DNA of 40,984 bases from a virus (taxonomy: Duplodnaviria > Heunggongvirae > Uroviricota > Caudoviricetes). Under the pieces are notes generated by a model, which had not been told where the DNA came from, searched no databases, and saw nothing but the letters and a program-made list of their open reading frames with translations. The stretch lies in IMG/VR virus record IMGVR_UViG_2541047851_000005. The stretch is one strand, 5' to 3'. Below are positions 10,014 through 20,201 of this stretch, one piece after another (position 1 is the first letter of the stretch; each line of letters starts with the position of its first letter). Made by a program: the position numbers and the translations under genes.

Positions 10014-12086
10014 TTACCAGCCCGTAATGTAGTTATCGCCCGCGTAAATATTCAGCCCCATACCATCCTCGGTGACGCGGGAACTGGTCAGACGTAACCC
10101 CTCGCCAAGTTCGACGCGCAGCGAGGCTTCCGCATTGACTTTTTGTTCCTGCGGTTCCTTATCCGTGGCCGTCCATTTCTGATACAGGTCGGTTACAAAA
10201 CCGCCCAGATACTCCCCGGCGACACTGCCCAGCGTGGCACCGGCAACCGTACCCAGCGGTCCGGCAAGGCTGCCAACGGCACCGCCGAGCCATGCACCGG
10301 CTGTACTGCCAATTGCGCCTGCTTTTTCATGGGTTGACGCCTGCTCATCCATCAGGACGGGGGCAAGCTGGAGTGCCCCCATTACCGGGCCCCCCAGACG
10401 TGACAACGCACGACCGGCACCTTTCCCCATCCAGCCCAGCGCCCCGGCACCTTTTGTCACAACCCGACCGATCGCACTGCCTGCAAGTTTGTTTCCGATA
10501 CCGGAAAACCACCCGCCAACGGCACGCCCGGCATCAGCCAGCTTTCCGACCGTTCCCGTAACCAGTTGCCCGGCAGCACTGCCTGCAAGCCTGCTCAGAA
10601 GACCGGATTTACCGGGTAAAGGTAATGGTGCAGGCCGTGCCGTTACCGGTACGCCGGGTGGGGGTAATGCCAGTACAGGGCGTGGTGCAGGTAATGCCAG
10701 CGGCTGTGGTCCGGACAGCAATAACGGCTGGCGGGGTAACAGCGGGGCCATTCTTCCGCCGCTCCGTCCGCGACGACCGCCGCCACTCCCGTAGCCACCA
10801 AATCCACGGGGCCAGTTGATGACAAACACACGCTGAATGCCGATACCCTGCAACAGCGTCTCAGACGTCATGGCATCCGGGACCGGCAGACCTGCCTGCC
10901 CACGTTTGCGGTTCCGCATCCAGCGCCACATACGACGCCCGGTTTTAAACGGATAACTGGCAACCTGCCATGAGGGTTTTGCCACGGCCCAGCCTGCTCT
11001 CAGGGCTTTATTGGCAAGCCAGACAGACACCAGAACAGCAGCCAGTTTTTTCAGGCTGACAATATTCTGGTCAACCCATGCCAGCGCATCTTTACCCGGT
11101 TTCAGCCAGCGCCATAACTCCTGCGCCGCGATTTTTACCGTTCTGAACGTGGTCAGAAATTTCTGACCAATGTTTTCTGCCAGTGCGTCAAGTTCCCCGG
11201 ATTTATCCGCCATGTCGTGCCAGTTAAGCACCCGGCGCATCTCGTTCTTGATTTCTTCAAAGGGGCCGCTGTTTGCCACCTTTATGCGAAATTCAAGCAG
11301 GTTGGCTTCCATCTGGGCGAACATCCCGTCCCAGGAGTTCATCGCACTGGCCTGTGCACCTTTTGACTGTTCTGACAGCGTTCTGAATACCGTCAGAATG
11401 GATTTCAGGCCCAGCTTGCCTTTTTCACCTTGTTTGCGGATATCCTTAACGTCTTTACCCAGTGCATCCGCCAGCGTCTGGTAAACGTTAATACCGTAAC
11501 CGGTCAGCAGGTTGGCATCCGCCGCTGTGATTTGCTGGCGGGCAAACATCTGTTTCAGTTGCAGTGAGGCACCCTGTGCAGTGGGTAAATCCCAGCCGTG
11601 CATGGCCCCCTGATCCTGCAACATGGTGATGAACTGTTTCGTCTGTTCATCCGTCATGCCGAAGCCTTTTGACGAACGGATCTCATCCAGAACACCACTC
11701 AGCCCCCACGTGGTGTCCTTCGCGTTCTGCTTTGCCCAGGCCATCATGGCCTGCGCTCTGACCTTATCGCCGTGATACAGCGAGTTCATGGCGATAATCT
11801 GTTGCTCACGCTGGGCGGCTGCACCAATAAACAGTTTATTGGCGGTGTAACCCACGCCAGCGATACCCAGCGCCCCGGCTGACAGCATTCGGAATGTACG
11901 GGTTGACAGAGAACCCATTCTGTCAATGGCACCAGAAACGCGCACAACCTCCATACGCAGGGCACGAAGGGAACTTTGCCCGCTACGGGACAGGGCGTTT
12001 ATCTGGTTCGAATACTGGCGGGAACGCCGGGAAAGATTGCCATTAAGATCAATAATGACAGACGCCTTTAAGCGTTTCCCGGTCAT
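10014..12086 (-). CDS. Tail tape measure protein
   Basis: 690-aa ORF with helical N-terminal region and Pro-rich/Gly-rich low-complexity C-terminal region; between tail chaperone and N. Confidence 0.85.
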   Translation of the reverse strand: MTGKRLKASVIIDLNGNLSRRSRQYSNQINALSRSGQSSLRALRMEVVRVSGAIDRMGSLSTRTFRMLSAGALGIAGVGYTANKLFIGAAAQREQQIIAMNSLYHGDKVRAQAMMAWAKQNAKDTTWGLSGVLDEIRSSKGFGMTDEQTKQFITMLQDQGAMHGWDLPTAQGASLQLKQMFARQQITAADANLLTGYGINVYQTLADALGKDVKDIRKQGEKGKLGLKSILTVFRTLSEQSKGAQASAMNSWDGMFAQMEANLLEFRIKVANSGPFEEIKNEMRRVLNWHDMADKSGELDALAENIGQKFLTTFRTVKIAAQELWRWLKPGKDALAWVDQNIVSLKKLAAVLVSVWLANKALRAGWAVAKPSWQVASYPFKTGRRMWRWMRNRKRGQAGLPVPDAMTSETLLQGIGIQRVFVINWPRGFGGYGSGGGRRGRSGGRMAPLLPRQPLLLSGPQPLALPAPRPVLALPPPGVPVTARPAPLPLPGKSGLLSRLAGSAAGQLVTGTVGKLADAGRAVGGWFSGIGNKLAGSAIGRVVTKGAGALGWMGKGAGRALSRLGGPVMGALQLAPVLMDEQASTHEKAGAIGSTAGAWLGGAVGSLAGPLGTVAGATLGSVAGEYLGGFVTDLYQKWTATDKEPQEQKVNAEASLRVELGEGLRLTSSRVTEDGMGLNIYAGDNYITGW

Positions 12087-12230
12087 AGAGATTTCCTGAT
12101 TTAACGGTGATATTGAGAGAGGGTTTTAGCCTGCTGGCAGTGCCGGAAAAAGCGGGACAGCGGGAGAGACAAGGCCCATTCCGGGCCACTTTTCAGAATA
12201 ACGCCAATCGCTGTCGCCGCTTTCTCAATA

Positions 12231-12665
12231 TCATTCCGGCACCGCAGCCACTCGCCCCCGTTCTTGTGTCAGCGATGCTGCCACAGCCATGTCGTACATT
12301 TCTGTAGCCAGCGACAGACGCTGGAAGTCATCAACAGACAGCTTGCGCATCAGCGCCAGCGATAACGGGCCTTTGATGCAACCCACGCTGGCAATCTGTC
12401 GGCGCAGCATTTCCAGTCCCATCCGGGACGGGGAACTGACCAGCACCGGGCCTTCCTTGCTCATTACCAGCTTTTCAGCAGCCGCCTGGGCATCAATCAG
12501 ATCGCCTGCGGTCAGTTCACGCAGCGTCACGTCATACTGCATTTCAGTCTCGTCACCGGTGCCGAACGGCAGGCCGTCTTTCAGTTTCAGCACGCCGGAC
12601 TGAATTTCTGCCACAATGCTGTCATGCAGTTCCTGTGCTTCAGGACCTAAATTCATTTCGTCCAT
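12231..12665 (-). CDS. Tail assembly chaperone (Mu gp41-like)
   Basis: 144-aa acidic ORF between the tube and tape-measure genes. Confidence 0.6.
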   Translation of the reverse strand: MDEMNLGPEAQELHDSIVAEIQSGVLKLKDGLPFGTGDETEMQYDVTLRELTAGDLIDAQAAAEKLVMSKEGPVLVSSPSRMGLEMLRRQIASVGCIKGPLSLALMRKLSVDDFQRLSLATEMYDMAVAASLTQERGRVAAVPE

Positions 12666-12674
12666 TGTTTCCCC

Positions 12675-13031
12675 TTATGCAATGCGTTTGCTTTGTTTTG
12701 CCATCAGTACCAGCGAAATTTCGCCGCCGTCGTTTTTCGGTTCATCTGCCTGCCAGGCATTCGCCATCATCCAGGTTTCACCGGTGTCTGCCTGAAACTC
12801 TGCCGTGATGTTTTCCCAGCCGATGATTTCATCCAGACCGATATCACCACCGCCCGGAATTTTGCATTCCAGCTTTGCGGCACGTGGTTTACCTTTCCAG
12901 CCATAAACCCGCGAGCCGGTCACTTCTTCACGGGTGATACCTGAAGGCGTGAAGGAGGCACCTTCCATCGTTTCAAGCTCCATGCCATTGACACGGATGA
13001 ACGCCACCCCCTGACGCTGATTTCCAGCCAT
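12675..13031 (-). CDS. M: Tail tube protein M
   Basis: 118-aa ORF directly downstream of the sheath gene. Confidence 0.8.
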   Translation of the reverse strand: MAGNQRQGVAFIRVNGMELETMEGASFTPSGITREEVTGSRVYGWKGKPRAAKLECKIPGGGDIGLDEIIGWENITAEFQADTGETWMMANAWQADEPKNDGGEISLVLMAKQSKRIA

Positions 13032-13040
13032 AAATGCTCC

Positions 13041-14528
13041 TTACAGAATGAACTGAACTTGTGCCGCGAAAATGCGGAACTGGTTAATCAGATTCGGGCC
13101 GCAAAGCACATCAAGACGGTCTTTGTCGTCCTTGTTACGTGCCACATACAGCTCCTCTTTGAACGTGTCGAAATCCTCGACCAGTCCGGCGTTTTCCCAT
13201 TCTTCAAACAGTGCCAGCAGCTCCGTTTTGATCACGGATGGCGTCACCACGGCCTGACCGGTGGCAAAGCGGGTGCCATCACTTGCCAGCTTGTAGTTCG
13301 GGAATTTCTGCGTGATGCGGGTTCGCAGTGAATAACGCAGATAACTCAGCGTGGCGATGGTATTCACGTTCAGATAAGACGGATCACTGTCACCGTACTT
13401 GTTTGTGCGGTACATCGTGATCATGCGTTCAATCTGCATTTCACCACCATCATTCACGTTAAACGTGGAGATGCCGTCAAACAGCAGCGCATTACGTTCT
13501 GACCAGGTGAAACGATCCCCCACCGCAGGCGGCATTCTTCCGGGCAACGTCAGCGTCTGGAGAGGACGCGCCGGGTCGATGGAAAGCGCCTGGCTGGCAA
13601 CGGCACACAGTGTGGCGGCGTACAGATATGACGGTTCCGGTGCACCGGCAATCCCCATACAGGAGATCAGATGATCATTACGACTGACACCAAACGTGGA
13701 AATATCCCCATACGTGCCGGACAGCACTGTCACAGCAAAGCCATCAGCCTGATTGACCGGTCCCCAGCGTTCCTGCAATTCAGTGCGTAACAGATTCAGG
13801 TTCGGTTCATCGGTATAGGGCATCACAATATATTTGTATTGCAGATCGCCCATTCCCGCGATACTTGCGCTGATATCCGGGTTGCCATTTTTCCCGGAGG
13901 CGGCTTTGAATGCCGTGATAATCCCGTAAGGGGTCGTTTCACCCGCGTAATAGTTCCAGCGCACGTCCACGGCAGATAATGCACCCGTAAATTTTGCACT
14001 CAGAACCACATCTGCATGGGTGTCATCATCCCCGCTGTCTGCGCGAACTTCTGCCGTCACCGGTAAATCAGGCTGGCCTTTGATTCGGGCAACCAGCAGG
14101 TCAGCCAGCGCCGCTCCCGTTGCACCTGCTGCGACAGATACCGCCAGTCGCTGACCGGCAATGTAAGTCACAAGCGAGCCGTTTTCGCCTGCCGTTCCTG
14201 ACAGTGAAATTTCACCGACAGCAGCATTACCGGTGCCGTTCCCCTGCGGAATACACCACAGCTCCGCCACGCGGTTAGCGTTCAGGAATGCATCTGCCAT
14301 CAGTGCCAGCATGGAACCCTGACCAAATGCCGCACTGGCCTGTGAGCCGGAACGGATACGGACAGGCACGTTTGGTGCCGCACTGGCTTTACTTCCGCTT
14401 TGCCCGAACATCAGCACGCGCTGACGGGGTGCCGGTGTTCCGCTGACGGCATTACTGTTATCAAATTCGATATACGTCAGAGGAACGCGAACATCTGACG
14501 GGATCGCGTTAAATGAAATATCGCTCAT
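13041..14528 (-). CDS. L: Contractile tail sheath protein L
   Basis: 495-aa ORF; size and position typical of myovirus sheath, Mu L-like. Confidence 0.9.
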
Positions 14529-14731
14529 TTCGATTTACTCCGTTTTTTCGGCGCAGCGTCGGTATCATCCGCCGTGTTTTCGGTGCTCCCGACTTCAACC
14601 ACATCACCGGCTGCAAGGCGACGTATCCAGAAACTGTTACGGGGCTTTTCTTCTCCCTCAGACGCCAGTAATTTCATCGTGAGCGGGTCACGGATGGCTT
14701 TTCCCGCTGCAGGTTTAATTTTCAGCATCAT
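14525..14731 (-). CDS. Small phage protein (Mu gp38-like)
   Basis: 68-aa ORF overlapping neighbours by 4 and 17 nt. Confidence 0.5.
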
Positions 14732-15263
14732 GATCCTTTTCCTGATTCACATTGATATGTGCGGCAAATTCCGGGGTTTCGTCCGGGAATTTCCAGGTCT
14801 GCCAGTGACGCTCGTAATCATCCAGCGAATCCATGTCCACCACGGACGGCAGCGGGGTAGTGCCACTGAACAGAACGCCGTAAAGCACCACACCGGCATT
14901 GATACGGTTGTCGTCACAAAGATTTCTGACCTGCGTCAGTCTCATCCCGGTGGTCGGACCAAACGTCTGACCGTTAACACCGGCAATCAGTCGCTCCACA
15001 ATCTGATAAATACCGGGCCGGTTTACCGGTTCCCCGTTCAGCAACTCCGCCACGACAAAAAATGCCCAGCGACTTTCAACTTCCCGACGCGTACGCCCCT
15101 CACCACAGCCCATCCATGCCAGAAATACCGATGGCGGGGCCAGAAAGAGACGGTGCACATCCTCGTTAGTCCATGTGCCGGTAAGGGGTTCCACCTGCCG
15201 CAGGGTTGCCCCAAACAACTCACGAACGCGCGCCAGCAGTGCGGCTTCGGTTTCTTCCAGCAT
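14715..15263 (-). CDS. Tail completion/neck protein (Mu gp37-like)
   Basis: 182-aa ORF in head-tail joining block. Confidence 0.6.
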   Translation of the reverse strand: MLEETEAALLARVRELFGATLRQVEPLTGTWTNEDVHRLFLAPPSVFLAWMGCGEGRTRREVESRWAFFVVAELLNGEPVNRPGIYQIVERLIAGVNGQTFGPTTGMRLTQVRNLCDDNRINAGVVLYGVLFSGTTPLPSVVDMDSLDDYERHWQTWKFPDETPEFAAHINVNQEKDHDAEN

Positions 15264-15688
15264 CAGATAAACCCCTTCTGTTTTCGTGAGAAGACCGGCG
15301 CGTCAGACTGCACCTGCACAAGGTTTTCACCATCCGGCGAGGCTGCCGTCCTGCTTTCCACGCCGGGATCTGTTTTGCCATCGCGCACCTGTTCCAGCCA
15401 GCGCACTGTGTCCCTGTAAGTTGCGGTGATCTGCTCGGTGGGTTGTGATTCATTCAGATAAAACCAGGCCACCACGCAACACTGCCGTTTCAGCAGTGAG
15501 GGGACGACGGTAAGCGGCAGAACAAAGCGCGCGGCGAGATAGCCATCAATAAAGGCCGAAGCATCTGCCAGTGCCTGTTCTGCCACGGCATCATCCGGCT
15601 GCCCGTCCGCTGTTTTAGGGCGGGTGAGAATATCCAGCCGCGTACGTGTATAGCGGGCGCACAGGTCATTTACCGTCGCGTAATTCAT
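15263..15688 (-). CDS. Head-tail joining protein (Mu gp36-like)
   Basis: 141-aa ORF, packed between gp35 and gp37 homologues. Confidence 0.6.
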   Translation of the reverse strand: MNYATVNDLCARYTRTRLDILTRPKTADGQPDDAVAEQALADASAFIDGYLAARFVLPLTVVPSLLKRQCCVVAWFYLNESQPTEQITATYRDTVRWLEQVRDGKTDPGVESRTAASPDGENLVQVQSDAPVFSRKQKGFI

Positions 15689-16095
15689 GCATCCGCCTCA
15701 GCCAGCGCCGCTTTGATTTGCGCACTGCTCACCGGTTCCCCCAGCGCCGCACTGACGGCTTTCACTTTGGGTTCTCCCCCTGCGGTAAAGTGCTCCGGGT
15801 TTGCCTTATCCAGACCGGCAACGGTCGCACGGATACGGGTATTCAGATCGCCCACACCCAGAACGTCCAGCCCCCCAGCCTCAGCGAGCATTTCTGCTGA
15901 CGATGCAGATACCACAGACAGCACGCTGTCGGCACGAATGATCGCCAGTTGTTCTTCGGTGACCTCCACGGTGTTTTCGCCACGCGTAAAGGCGATTCCG
16001 GCGCGGCGGTAGACCGGACGAAGGCATTTAATAATCGCCGTGCAAGTGATGCGAGAAGTGTCCAGCCGTTGTGAATTAAGCGAAGTGCCTGACAT
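15685..16095 (-). CDS. Head-associated protein (Mu gp35-like)
   Basis: 136-aa ORF downstream of the major capsid gene. Confidence 0.5.
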   Translation of the reverse strand: MSGTSLNSQRLDTSRITCTAIIKCLRPVYRRAGIAFTRGENTVEVTEEQLAIIRADSVLSVVSASSAEMLAEAGGLDVLGVGDLNTRIRATVAGLDKANPEHFTAGGEPKVKAVSAALGEPVSSAQIKAALAEADA

Positions 16096-16126
16096 AACAC
16101 ATGCTCCTCCTTTTCCTTTAAATCAG

Positions 16127-16152
16127 GTTAAAAGGCGGTCTGAACCGCCTTT
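16127..16152 (-). terminator. Putative intrinsic terminator/attenuator after major capsid gene
   Basis: Minus-strand GGCGGTTCAGACCGCC hairpin followed by TTTTAA, in the 66-bp gap after T. Confidence 0.45.
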
Positions 16153-16161
16153 TAATGACGG

Positions 16162-17100
16162 TTACAGGTAGTCAGCGACAACCAGTTGCAGCTTGCCCTT
16201 CATCTCGTTGGAGACGGTGGTATTGCCATCCGCGAACAGTTCTCGTTCCAGTAACTGCACCGCCTGTTTTTCCAGAGAGGTGGGCACCACAATGTGCGTG
16301 GGCTTAATCCCCAGCTTGCGCCCGCCATCAGCCGTAAATTCACGCATGGCCGACCAGCCGAGCCAGAGATTATCCAGCGTCAGCGGTGCCTGCATCATGT
16401 AAGCCATCTGCCAGAAGCCGTAGCCCACATTGCGGCGGGCTGATGCACCAAACACAAACTCGTTATCCGTAAAGGCCCGGCCTTCATCGACTTTGGTCTG
16501 GGCAACCAGTTCTGCCTTGCGGCGATCCTGATAAATCAGCGGTTTCACAGCGCGGGAACAGTCAAGCAGATACCAGGCAGGCCCGGTGTAATCGCTTTTT
16601 TCGGCAGTCTGTGCCACAAATTTATTACTGACGTTTTTCACATCTCCGGTGCCATCCACTTTCGGATAAACAGGATGTTCGGTATCGAAGAAGTTCTGTC
16701 CGTCATAACAGGCCACTTTCACACCGTCACGCAGGGCTGCGAACACCAGTTCGTCCGGCTGTGCTGCTGCGGCACGGCCCATTTCCTGGAACAGCGGAGA
16801 ATAAATACCGAGATTGTCGTCTTCGAAGTCATCACGGTTAATGGCTACCGTGCCTTCAAAGGTTTTGTTCACAATGGAATAGCCATAGGCTTTCATCTTC
16901 TCGATGACACGCGAACCAATCCACTCACGGAATTGCGGAAACTGGCCCAGCCAGCCGTACGTGTTGGATTTCGACGTGGATGGCACGGTCATTGCAATTT
17001 TCTGGTACTGCGACGGGGCCATTGCCATACCAGCCTGAAAATCGCCACGGTAGCCGGTCATCAGCGAGGTGATCATCGCAGGAGTAATCGGAGTTGGCAT
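16162..17100 (-). CDS. T: Major capsid protein T
   Basis: 312-aa ORF; size and position as Mu T. Confidence 0.88.
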   Translation of the reverse strand: MPTPITPAMITSLMTGYRGDFQAGMAMAPSQYQKIAMTVPSTSKSNTYGWLGQFPQFREWIGSRVIEKMKAYGYSIVNKTFEGTVAINRDDFEDDNLGIYSPLFQEMGRAAAAQPDELVFAALRDGVKVACYDGQNFFDTEHPVYPKVDGTGDVKNVSNKFVAQTAEKSDYTGPAWYLLDCSRAVKPLIYQDRRKAELVAQTKVDEGRAFTDNEFVFGASARRNVGYGFWQMAYMMQAPLTLDNLWLGWSAMREFTADGGRKLGIKPTHIVVPTSLEKQAVQLLERELFADGNTTVSNEMKGKLQLVVADYL

Positions 17101-18182
17101 TATTTTGAATCCTCTTTCAGTTTCAGAAATTCTGCTTCGGTTTTACCCAGCAGACGGGCTGCGGCGAGATCTTCCGCAGACAGCACTGCCACCGCCGGTT
17201 TTTCCTGCGACGGGATTTTCGCTGTGGTGGTCTGCATGGCAGATAACGCAGCGATGGGCTGTTTTTTCTCAAGCTGTGCCGACAGTGCCGCCACGCCAAT
17301 CTGACCGCCAAGCTGTTCCAGATAGGTACGTTCGCTTTTGAAAATGCGGCCTTCCTGTTCCGCCTTGTCCAGAACGGCGCTCAGGCTGGCTGTGGCGCTT
17401 TGTGCAGTCGCCTGTGCCAGTTCATCACGCAGGGCGTTGTAGCTTTCCACCGGGACGTATTTCGTCAGGTCAACGGCGGCTTTCTGTGCCTTTTCCAGTT
17501 CGGCAGACAACGCCGCCACTTTCCCGGCACTAATTTCCAGCGTGTCCAGCGCGGTCAGTGCCGCTGTTGCCTGTTCATCGGTGATGTCTGCATTTTCGGG
17601 GACAGTCACCCCAAGACGCGCAAGCAGCTTGCGCAGCGTTTCATTCATGGGTTTGTTCTCCTGTTGAAGGATGTCGGGAAGGTCTGCCGCCAGTGCGGTC
17701 AGCTTTTTCATGCCGGTGGCACCGGGGTCATTGGTCAGCGCAGCAAGGCGGATTTGCAGCACCGCACCGGTGGCGGTGTCATACGGAAAAACCGCAGAGA
17801 GATAACCAAATTCGCCGTCATCGATGCGCTGCTGGGCCGCCGCCGTCCAGCGTGGGTGGATAAATAACCCTTCACCTTCACGCCACTGCATTTCATCGGC
17901 GTTAAACCAGCCAGCCGCGACGAGTTGTTCCGGGGGTAATCCTTTGTCCTTACGTAGCTGGTTATGCTCGTAATCAATCAGCACGTCCTGGTTGAGCGCG
18001 CGAACGCCTTCAACCAGACGCCCGGCAATCTCACCGTCGATGAACCACCCCTGACCGCCTGTCACATCAAACGGACGACCATCACGGGCACTGAAATGAC
18101 CGGCAGGCAATAGCTGGCACCAGCCGTCATCGTCAATGGACAGCGCACTCAGTGCGGCAATGCCAATCGCGTGTTTTTTCAT
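17100..18182 (-). CDS. I: Head maturation protease/scaffold protein I
   Basis: 360-aa ORF with C-terminal Ala/Glu-rich coiled-coil scaffold-like region; upstream of T. Confidence 0.85.
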   Translation of the reverse strand: MKKHAIGIAALSALSIDDDGWCQLLPAGHFSARDGRPFDVTGGQGWFIDGEIAGRLVEGVRALNQDVLIDYEHNQLRKDKGLPPEQLVAAGWFNADEMQWREGEGLFIHPRWTAAAQQRIDDGEFGYLSAVFPYDTATGAVLQIRLAALTNDPGATGMKKLTALAADLPDILQQENKPMNETLRKLLARLGVTVPENADITDEQATAALTALDTLEISAGKVAALSAELEKAQKAAVDLTKYVPVESYNALRDELAQATAQSATASLSAVLDKAEQEGRIFKSERTYLEQLGGQIGVAALSAQLEKKQPIAALSAMQTTTAKIPSQEKPAVAVLSAEDLAAARLLGKTEAEFLKLKEDSK

Positions 18183-18378
18183 GTCCTGCTGCTCATCATG
18201 GTTTGTGAGCAGTCAGTTTGCGGGAGGGGCGGGGAAATCTGGGGTTATGCTATTTGAGTACTGGAGAAAGAAAGTGGAAGGAAGATAAAACGGGATTCAT
18301 ACACCGTTAAATACTGGTTTAAAAATCCCGTGGCGCGTTTTAAAAAATCTGTGCGGCTGATTTTATGCCTGATTCTGT
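18183..18378. promoter_or_regulatory. Central intergenic region between G and I: expected late promoter P_I and Mu strong gyrase site
   Basis: Only sizeable non-coding gap in the late region (196 bp); in Mu the strong gyrase site and P_I lie between G and I. Assignment by position only. Confidence 0.4.
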
Positions 18379-18849
18379 TTATTGCCTCAGAGCGGCGCTG
18401 ACGCGTTTTCTGATGGCATCAAAAATTTCCTGTTCCCCGGTCTTATCCAGCCCCATATAAGGACGCGCAGGAACGCCTGCCGGGCGGGGTGCCATATCGG
18501 GTGTACCGCCCCACTGATGAATGGCAGCATAAATTTTGGGCGAACCAATCAGGGCATAATCCTGTCCATAATCGGTGGTAATGCTGCGTGCCAGATCGCC
18601 ATGCAGGGTAAGGATACTGCCCGGAACAAAACCATGATCCTGACGCCATGCCAGCCACGAATCGCTCCACGCTTCCCAGCCTTTCCCTGTATCCGGGTCT
18701 GCCTGCCGTTCAAATGCCTGTTCCGTGGATGACAGCAGCGCCGCAGCCATCACACGGGGAATGACGCGGTCACGTGTGACGGTTCCCAGTTCATCCAGCG
18801 CAAGCTGAATACGTCGCACATCCACGGCAACGTTCATATCAAGACTCAC
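18379..18849 (-). CDS. G: Virion morphogenesis protein G
   Basis: 156-aa ORF; Mu G-like size and position. Confidence 0.8.
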   Translation of the reverse strand: MSLDMNVAVDVRRIQLALDELGTVTRDRVIPRVMAAALLSSTEQAFERQADPDTGKGWEAWSDSWLAWRQDHGFVPGSILTLHGDLARSITTDYGQDYALIGSPKIYAAIHQWGGTPDMAPRPAGVPARPYMGLDKTGEQEIFDAIRKRVSAALRQ

Positions 18850-20201
18850 TTATTCACCTCCACATGCCCCTCCAGTATGTCAATCATCCCGTCAGCAATC
18901 GCGGCTTCAAGCGACTGTGCAGATACGCGGCTGATACTGACCAGCACATCCGCACGGTCATTCTGCCTGCCGACTGTCTGTGATGTTCTGACCACAATCC
19001 GGGCCATGCCGTCACGGGTTGCCACAACATACAGCAACTGGTGTTTCTCCCTGTCCCACAATACTGCCTGTGGTTTTGCCATCAGCGACGGCAGATGCTG
19101 TAAATCCTCCGGTTTCAGGGCGACATCAGCAGTGGTCGCCAGACTTTTCCCGTTCACCACAAGCAGACGGGCTGGCATATTCCCGGTGCGCTGATGTACG
19201 GCTTCAGCTACCGATTCCGTCATAAAACCCAGTGCCCGGATTTCATGACCGGTCTGACGTGATCCTGCCAGGCGTTTAAGCCAGAGGGAAAAAGCAAGCT
19301 GACGCTCCCGGCTGTTATTCAGCGTCTGAACAACCTGCTCACGCAACTGCGCGTCGTGAATTTCCACCAGTTTTCGTATCAGTGCCTGATCCGTACCAAA
19401 TGCCGCCGAACCGGGGTTATATGACCAGCCCACATCCGGCGTCATTTTTACCCGACCGTTGTCAAACGTGGTTGACGATGTGCGGAAAATCTCGCCGGTG
19501 CTTTCATCCGTACCGGCATCCACTTCGCGGGTATTCATGAATGACGCACCATAACTGACCTGTAACCCCAGCTCTTTCATGCGGGCCGCAGACAGCGCCC
19601 GGACGCGACAGCGGCAGTTCCAGCCATTGGGCGGGTAATGCGTCTGCCAGAAAATGTCGTCATACCTGAAAACCATATTGTGCAGCCGCGCATGTTCCGG
19701 GCGTGTTCTGCCATCCATAACGGCAACGTACTGCCAGTACGGGTACAAATCGGCGGTATTCATCATCTGCGCATAACGTCCTGCCCCATACGCCGTACGG
19801 GTATTGACGTTATAAATGGTTGCCAGACGACGCGGACTGCCCAGCTCGATTACCTTTGCGTTTCCGTCTGCATCCACGATGATTTGTTTTCCCCACCATC
19901 CGAGTTTTTGCAGCCGGGGGGCCAGTGTGCGGGTAAATTCCTCACGGGTGATGCCTTCACTGACAGCCCGCTCCACTTCCTCACGGATTGTGGTCAGTAC
20001 ATCCATCCGGGTGGCTTTGGCAACGGTAAAGGCGCGGGCGTGCGCGTCTGCCAGTTGTTCGTACCAGTTCCAGGTGATGTTGTAGCCTTTGGCGTGGAAA
20101 TACGCGACAGCCTCCTTTGGCGGGAGGCGTGCGGCATACGCCAGATCAATGGTCTGCTGCGGCATCCAGACGCCCCCATATATCGGCAACAAAAATGGCA
20201 C
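18846..20201 (-). CDS. F: Head morphogenesis protein F
   Basis: 451-aa ORF directly after portal gene. Confidence 0.85.
   Translation of the reverse strand: MPFLLPIYGGVWMPQQTIDLAYAARLPPKEAVAYFHAKGYNITWNWYEQLADAHARAFTVAKATRMDVLTTIREEVERAVSEGITREEFTRTLAPRLQKLGWWGKQIIVDADGNAKVIELGSPRRLATIYNVNTRTAYGAGRYAQMMNTADLYPYWQYVAVMDGRTRPEHARLHNMVFRYDDIFWQTHYPPNGWNCRCRVRALSAARMKELGLQVSYGASFMNTREVDAGTDESTGEIFRTSSTTFDNGRVKMTPDVGWSYNPGSAAFGTDQALIRKLVEIHDAQLREQVVQTLNNSRERQLAFSLWLKRLAGSRQTGHEIRALGFMTESVAEAVHQRTGNMPARLLVVNGKSLATTADVALKPEDLQHLPSLMAKPQAVLWDREKHQLLYVVATRDGMARIVVRTSQTVGRQNDRADVLVSISRVSAQSLEAAIADGMIDILEGHVEVNK

Noticed and set aside
12087-12330. Programmed -1 frameshift site at the end of the tail assembly chaperone gene (as in many myoviruses)
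   Set aside because: I found no canonical X XXY YYZ slippery heptamer in the last 30 codons by eye; not excluded, but not supportable without a proper scan.
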